Shown here in pieces: positions 58,659 to 64,000 of a DNA stretch of 64,000 nt. This stretch comes from an uncultured delta proteobacterium (GTDB lineage Bacteria; Myxococcota; Myxococcia; Myxococcales; Myxococcaceae). The stretch spans positions 288,001-352,000 of the forward strand of contig CAWCKH010000003.1 of assembly GCA_963796055.1 (NCBI GenBank), given 5' to 3'. Numbering within the stretch: position 1 is the stretch's first letter; the number at the start of each line of letters is the position of its first letter. The position numbers were made by a program, and so were the translations under genes. The notes under the pieces are model-generated. The model had not been told where the DNA came from and did not search any database. It was given only the letters and a program-made list of their open reading frames with translations.

Positions 58659-59348
58659 TCAGGCCTCCGCCGATCCGCTCCCGTCGCCCCGCCGCGCCAG
58701 CATGTGGAGGAAGCCGCGGAAGTAGACGCCCGCGCTCCACAGGCTGAACACCACGCTCAGGTAGGTCAGCACCTGCCCCACCGCGTTGAAGCTCACCGGC
58801 CCGCGCCACACCCAGAGGTCGACCTCGTGCCGGTAGTGGACCAGCAGGGCGACGATGCCCACCAGCTGCAGCGCCGTCTTCCACTTCCCTTCCTGGCCGG
58901 CGGCGATGACCATCCCCTCGCTGGCGGCGATCTGCCGCAGTCCGGTGACCACGAACTCTCGCGAGAGCAGGAGGATCGCCACCCACGCGGGGAACCGGCC
59001 GAGCCGGACCAGCATCACCATCGCTGCCAGGACGATCAGCTTGTCGGCCAGCGGGTCGAGGAACTTGCCGATGACCGTCACCAGCCCCATGCGCCGGGCG
59101 AGCCACCCGTCCACCACGTCGGTGATCGCCGCCACCGCGAAGAGCGCGCCGGCGAGCAGCGAGGCCATCGGGTTGGCCTGGTAGGCCAGGACGATGAACA
59201 GCGGGATGATGAGGATGCGCCCGAAGGTCAGGAGGTTCGGGACGTTCCAGAACTCCTGGAGCAGCACCCCGGGCCGCCGAGGCTCCGCACCAGAGCGACG
59301 CCGCCGGCGCCTCCGTCGCTGTTCCCGCTCTTCCGGGGGCTGGGCCAC
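58659..59348 (-). CDS. pgsA: CDP-diacylglycerol--glycerol-3-phosphate 3-phosphatidyltransferase
   Basis: NVPNLLTFGR, TDVVDGWLAR...GKFLDPLADK, SREFVVTGLR, GKWKT. Confidence 0.93.
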   Translation of the reverse strand: MAQPPEEREQRRRRRRRRSGAEPRRPGVLLQEFWNVPNLLTFGRILIIPLFIVLAYQANPMASLLAGALFAVAAITDVVDGWLARRMGLVTVIGKFLDPLADKLIVLAAMVMLVRLGRFPAWVAILLLSREFVVTGLRQIAASEGMVIAAGQEGKWKTALQLVGIVALLVHYRHEVDLWVWRGPVSFNAVGQVLTYLSVVFSLWSAGVYFRGFLHMLARRGDGSGSAEA

Positions 59349-59419
59349 GGACGCCGGCTTACTCCACGCGCACCGTGTTGGCGACGTGCAACCCCCGGGG
59401 AGTAGTCTCGGTGGCCGTC

Positions 59420-59833
59420 ATGCGACGCACCGGGAGAGGGAGAGACCTGGTGTACCGGCCCCGGCGGGCGCTGGTCGGCGCGGTGCTCATCGGCTGGCCG
59501 GCCGGCCTCGCCGCGTCGCCTACACCGCCCGGAGGCAAGGAGCTCGCGGCGCTGAGGGAGCCCGCCCGCGAGGCGCTGGAGACGAGCTGCGGCCGCTGCC
59601 ACGACCGCGCACAGCCCACCGCCCGTCCCGCCGCGCTCCACGTCTTCGACCTCGCCGAGGCAGACTGGTCTGCCCAGCTCACCGAGGAGCAGATGGACCA
59701 CATCGAGGGCCGCTTCGAGGGCTTCCGGATGCCCGAGGCGGACCGGGTCCCCGTCCGGCGCTTCCTCGCCGCCGAGCGTGCCCGTCGGGCCGCGCTCGCC
59801 CCCACCCCGTCGGGCGGCGCTCCGCCGCGCTGA
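59420..59833 (+). CDS. Small secreted protein with CxxCH (putative cytochrome c)
   Basis: Signal-like segment; SCGRCHD; ALHVFDL. Confidence 0.6.
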   Translation: MRRTGRGRDLVYRPRRALVGAVLIGWPAGLAASPTPPGGKELAALREPAREALETSCGRCHDRAQPTARPAALHVFDLAEADWSAQLTEEQMDHIEGRFEGFRMPEADRVPVRRFLAAERARRAALAPTPSGGAPPR

Positions 59834-59843
59834 CCTCAGGACG

Positions 59844-60692
59844 ATGATGCGCGCCAACGGCCCTGCCGCCCTGTGGCGCAGCATCGTGACCGAGACCGCC
59901 GAGCGCGCCGATGCGGGCGCCCGCCTGGCTCTGGAACGTGACGGTGCACGGCGCCTCGATCGCGAAGCCGGCGTGGTGCTGGTCACCGCCGTGCTCTGCC
60001 TGCTGCTCATCCACTTCTTCGGCCGCCCGGGGTTCCTCGAGGAGTGGCGGCGGCTCTGCGCGATGCTCCACCTCGAGGCCCTCTACCGGCGGGTGCAAGG
60101 CTATCTGCTGTCCGGCGGGGAGGCGCGTTTCCACGCCCGTGTCTTCTGGGCCGCCGCCCGCGGCATCGGGTTCCTGGTCATTCCCGCAGTGGTGGTGGCC
60201 GTGGTGCTCCGTCGTCCCCTCGGCGAGTTCGGGCTGAGGACGAAGGGGATTCTCCCGCACCTCTGGCTCTACCTGGCGATGTTCCTGCTGATCGCTCCGG
60301 CGGTGGTCATCGCCTCCTACACCCAGCCGTTCCAGGCCACCTATCCGTTCTACCGGGTCGAGCCGGGCGAGCGGCTGTGGCCGAACTTCTGGCTCTGGGA
60401 GCTGCTGTATGCCTCGCAGTTCGTGGGCATCGAGTTCTTCTTCCGCGGCTTCCTGCTCCACGGGCTGAAGCGACGGATGGGCTACGCCGCCGTCTGGGTC
60501 TCGGTCGTGCCCTACACGATGATCCACTTCGAGAAGCCGCTCGCCGAGTGCCTCGGTGCCGTGGTCGCGGGCTGGGTTCTCGGCACGCTCAGCTTGAAGA
60601 CCAGGTCCATGTGGTGGGGCGCAGCCATTCACACCGCCGTCGCCTGGGGAATGGATCTGCTCTCGCTGGGGCACCAGGGCCGGCTGGGGTGA
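59844..60692 (+). CDS. CPBP/Abi family glutamic-type intramembrane protease
   Basis: EFFFRG, IHFEKP, WGAAIH. Confidence 0.88.
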   Translation: MMRANGPAALWRSIVTETAERADAGARLALERDGARRLDREAGVVLVTAVLCLLLIHFFGRPGFLEEWRRLCAMLHLEALYRRVQGYLLSGGEARFHARVFWAAARGIGFLVIPAVVVAVVLRRPLGEFGLRTKGILPHLWLYLAMFLLIAPAVVIASYTQPFQATYPFYRVEPGERLWPNFWLWELLYASQFVGIEFFFRGFLLHGLKRRMGYAAVWVSVVPYTMIHFEKPLAECLGAVVAGWVLGTLSLKTRSMWWGAAIHTAVAWGMDLLSLGHQGRLG

Positions 60693-60843
60693 TGCGGGTC
60701 GCCGTCCACCCACCCAGACCGCCCGCCGCCCGCGCTCCCGCCTGAGTCCCGTCCCTCCGTTCGGCAGGCGATGTCTCGTCAATTCTGCTTGTCATGACCC
60801 CAGGTGAGCAAACAGGCTCCGCGTCCCCTACCTGGAGTGAGCC

Positions 60844-62625
60844 ATGCGACATGTGTTGACAGGCCTGTTGCTCCTTGCCGCCTCCACTGCCCTCGCCGCG
60901 CCTGCCGTCGAGCTGAAGCTGACGCCGCGCGGAAGCCTCGGCGCGCCTCCACCACCAGGAGCTGCGCGACTGCCGGCCGGGGCGGGTCGACTGAACGATC
61001 GTCCCGAGGTCGACCTGCACGCTTACCTGTCGGGGGCACCGGTGGCCACCCATCCGCTGCCAACCAACCCGGGCGTCGCGCCCAGCACCGGCATCTCGCT
61101 CTTGAATCCCGGATTCTCGGGGTTCGAGGGTCTCAACAACACCGACCAGGCGCTCGCCGGCACCGGTATCTACACGGACAGCAACGGCAGCCTCGAGCCA
61201 CCGGACCAGGGACTCTGCGTGGGCCACGGCTTCGTCGTGGAGACAGTGAACGTCGCTTTCGCCATCTACGACCCCAGCGGCAATCTCCTCGCCGGACCGG
61301 TCCCGGCGAACCAGTTCTTCGGGCTCGCCCCGGGGTTCGGGCCGGACGGCTACGGCGACTTCACCAGCGACCCGAAGTGCATCTACGACTGGAGCGCCGA
61401 CCGCTGGTACATCACCATTCTCCAGCTCGACGTCGACCCGCCAACCGGGAACTTCACTGGCGGGAGCCACGTGCTCATCGCCAGGAGCCGCACCGGCGAT
61501 CCCACCGGGACCTGGGACGCCTACGCGCTCGACGTGACGAACGACGGAACGAACGGCACGCCATCGCACCCTGGTTGCCCCTGCTTCGGTGACCAGCCGC
61601 TTCTCGGCTTCGACCAGAACGCCATCTTCATCACCACCAACGAGTTCCCGGTGTTCGTTAACGGGTTCAACGGGGCCCAGGTCTACGGCATCGGTAAGGC
61701 GGCGTTCGGCGGCAACGGCACCGTGGCCCTCTTCGACAACCTCACGCTCGAGGAGGGCATCGCCTACAGCGTCCAGCCGGCGAGCACGCCGCCGGGGGGC
61801 AAGTTCGAGCGCGGTAACCGCGGCACTGAGTACTTCACCAGCTCGCTCGAGTTCACCGGCGGGCTCGACGACCGCGTCGCCGTCTGGGCGATGAGCGGCA
61901 CTCGTAGCCTCAACGGCCAGCACCCCTCGGTGAGCCTGGGCTACAGGGTGCTGAAGAGCCTGGTGTACGGCATCCCGCCGCCGGCCTCCCAGAAGGACGG
62001 CCCCACTCCCCTGCGGGACATCCTGAACAGCATCGAGGGGCCCGGGACCGAGAAGCTGGAGATGACCGACACCAACGACGACCGGATGCAACAGGCGGTC
62101 TACACCGACGGGACGCTGTGGAGCTGCATCGGCACCATCCTCCGGCCGAAGGGCGACACCGAGGACCGCGCGGGCATCCTCTGGTTCCGCGCCGAGGTGG
62201 AGTCCGACGATGGGAAGTTCAAGGCCAAGATGAAGAGGCAAGGGTACCTGGCCCGCGTCGGCACGTACCTCAGCTACCCGACCATCGCGATCAACACCGA
62301 TGGCAAGGGTGCCATGGGGTTCTCCGTCGGCGGCAAGGACTTCTACCCCTCCACCGGGTACACGGTGCTCGACGACGATGGGCCCGGGTCCATCCACATC
62401 GCCGGCGCCGGCCTGGTGCCTCAGGACGGCTTCACCGGCTACAAGTACTTCGGTTACTCGGGGGTGACCCGCTGGGGCGACTACGGCGCGGCGGTGGCCG
62501 CTCCCGACGGGTCGATCTGGCTCGCCAGCGAGTTCACCTCGGCCCGTCCGCGCATCATCTACGCCGACTGGGGCACCTTCGTGACCCGGGTGAAGGTCGG
62601 GCACGACGACCACCACCACCACTGA
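60844..62625 (+). CDS. Secreted hypothetical protein with His-rich C-terminus
   Basis: Signal peptide; EPPDQGLC, SDPKCIYD, GDQPLLG, RWGDY; ends HDDHHHH. Confidence 0.75.
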   Translation: MRHVLTGLLLLAASTALAAPAVELKLTPRGSLGAPPPPGAARLPAGAGRLNDRPEVDLHAYLSGAPVATHPLPTNPGVAPSTGISLLNPGFSGFEGLNNTDQALAGTGIYTDSNGSLEPPDQGLCVGHGFVVETVNVAFAIYDPSGNLLAGPVPANQFFGLAPGFGPDGYGDFTSDPKCIYDWSADRWYITILQLDVDPPTGNFTGGSHVLIARSRTGDPTGTWDAYALDVTNDGTNGTPSHPGCPCFGDQPLLGFDQNAIFITTNEFPVFVNGFNGAQVYGIGKAAFGGNGTVALFDNLTLEEGIAYSVQPASTPPGGKFERGNRGTEYFTSSLEFTGGLDDRVAVWAMSGTRSLNGQHPSVSLGYRVLKSLVYGIPPPASQKDGPTPLRDILNSIEGPGTEKLEMTDTNDDRMQQAVYTDGTLWSCIGTILRPKGDTEDRAGILWFRAEVESDDGKFKAKMKRQGYLARVGTYLSYPTIAINTDGKGAMGFSVGGKDFYPSTGYTVLDDDGPGSIHIAGAGLVPQDGFTGYKYFGYSGVTRWGDYGAAVAAPDGSIWLASEFTSARPRIIYADWGTFVTRVKVGHDDHHHH

Positions 62626-62697
62626 CCCGTTCCACCACGGCTCCGGCTGGCCACGGCGGTCGTGGCCGGCCCGAGTCGACGGACCGCCGGCGTACGG

Positions 62698-64000
62698 TCA
62701 GCCACTCACCGTCGGCACGCAGAGCAGGGCCACGCCCTCGCCCGACAGCTCCACCGCGGGGGCGGGCGTGCCCTCCGGGCCCTCCCAGCCGAGCGCCACC
62801 ACCCGCGGGCTCAGCTGCCCCTGCCACCCCACCCAGTGCTGGAGGGGGACGGTGACCGGCGCGTCGTGCCGCACCTCGGTGGAGCGCAGCGGGCCGGGCA
62901 GCGCGAGCAGCACCTGCCCCACCCCGCTCAGGTGCACCAGGTCCAGGTCCGGGGCCACCTCGCTCGGCACACGGCCGTTCTCGAACATCACCGGCTCCTC
63001 GAAGCCGAACACCCAGTCCTCGCGGAGGTAGACGCTCTCGTCACCCAGGTCCACGGCGAGGAACGTCCTGCCCATCACCCCGAGCCACGCCGTGCCGGTC
63101 CCCACCAGCCGGTGCATGCGCGCCGGTCCCCAGCCGAACGGCTTGTCGGTCACCCGGCCCCGGAAGCGCTTGAACTCCGCCCGGGCCTCGATGACGCCCG
63201 TCCACCCGAGCAGCCCCGCGGTCCGCACCAGCACCTCGCCCTGGACCTCGACCCGCACCGCCTCGGGCGTCACGGTGAAGGTGCGGCTGCCGTCACCCGG
63301 AAGCTTTCCGGCGACGGTGGTCAGCTCGGTGGGGCGAGCCACCGGGTGCGAGGGATTGCCCACCCCCGCCCGCGCCGCCTCGCGCAGAGGCCTCGAGGGC
63401 GTGGCGGCCGCGGGCTCCTCGGCGGCGGAAGGAACGCTGGCCGGTGCCGGGGGGAACTGCCGCACCGGAGCCGCCGCGGGGACGTCGCTGGCCTTCGCCT
63501 CGCTCTCCGCTTCCGAGGTGCCGAAGGTGGGGAGCGGCGCCGCGGGTAACGGAGTGGACGGGGGGACGGTCTCGGTGAGCGGGATGGGAGCCGCCGGTGT
63601 GCCGCCCAGCTGGGACACCGAGACCACCGGGAGCTCCTGGGTCAGGCCGGCGATCTTCTGCTCGGCCGGGGGCGTGGCCGGAGCCGGCCGCGGCGGAACG
63701 GGGACGGGCCGCGCCTCGGCGGCGAGCGCCTTGGCCATCTTGTCGGCCATTGCCTCCGAGCCGGCCTTCACGAAGTGCTCGCGGGCCCGGCCGTACTGTC
63801 CGGCCTGGGCCAGCGCCAGGCCCAGGTAGTTGTGCGCCTTGAGGTGACCGGGTTGCAGGTCGACGGCGGTCTCGAACTCGCGGACCGCCCGGGTCAGCTG
63901 GTTGGACTTGAGGTACACCAGGCCGAGGTTGACCCGCAGCGTGGGGTCGGCGCCGTTCTCCCGCACCAGCGCCTCGTACACCTCGGCCGCGCGGACGAAG
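62698..64000 (-). CDS. TPR + AIM24 (DUF124)-like protein, 5' end outside the window
   Basis: TPR motifs NLGLVYLK..., YLGLALAQAGQY; Pro/Ala linker; YLRED.VFGFE, LVHLSGVG. Confidence 0.7.
   Translation of the reverse strand, partial: FVRAAEVYEALVRENGADPTLRVNLGLVYLKSNQLTRAVREFETAVDLQPGHLKAHNYLGLALAQAGQYGRAREHFVKAGSEAMADKMAKALAAEARPVPVPPRPAPATPPAEQKIAGLTQELPVVSVSQLGGTPAAPIPLTETVPPSTPLPAAPLPTFGTSEAESEAKASDVPAAAPVRQFPPAPASVPSAAEEPAAATPSRPLREAARAGVGNPSHPVARPTELTTVAGKLPGDGSRTFTVTPEAVRVEVQGEVLVRTAGLLGWTGVIEARAEFKRFRGRVTDKPFGWGPARMHRLVGTGTAWLGVMGRTFLAVDLGDESVYLREDWVFGFEEPVMFENGRVPSEVAPDLDLVHLSGVGQVLLALPGPLRSTEVRHDAPVTVPLQHWVGWQGQLSPRVVALGWEGPEGTPAPAVELSGEGVALLCVPTVSG

Overview
High-GC bacterial DNA that looks myxobacterial (Anaeromyxobacter/Myxococcales-like; inferred from gene content, not a search). 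1-29.3 kb and 57.3-64 kb are mostly intact housekeeping and accessory genes: c-type cytochromes, a UvrD helicase, a kinase-USP/phosphoesterase pair, hemN, a 2-oxoacid:ferredoxin oxidoreductase, an M13 peptidase, two-component genes, pgsA and a CPBP protease. About 29.5-57.3 kb is a decaying accessory region downstream of a tRNA-Gly(GCC). It holds (i) a ~13-kb integrative element (44191-57265) with a tyrosine integrase, an excisionase, a 27-bp att duplication of the tRNA 3' end and matching arm-type repeats, carrying a five-gene PPIase/HupE-UreJ/DUF3604/carbonic anhydrase/SulP operon and an IS481; (ii) signs of an older tandem element at the same site; (iii) a czcCBA-type efflux locus between two pieces of an IS91-family transposase that share a 31-bp direct repeat; and (iv) three broken ECF42 sigma pieces with two YciI/DGPF genes and their promoters. 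The strongest hidden feature is a secreted rhodanese gene (28011-28421, minus). Its in-frame TGA follows the active-site Cys and is followed by a bacterial SECIS-like hairpin, so it is probably a selenoprotein that the ORF track truncates. All product calls come from motif recognition by eye.
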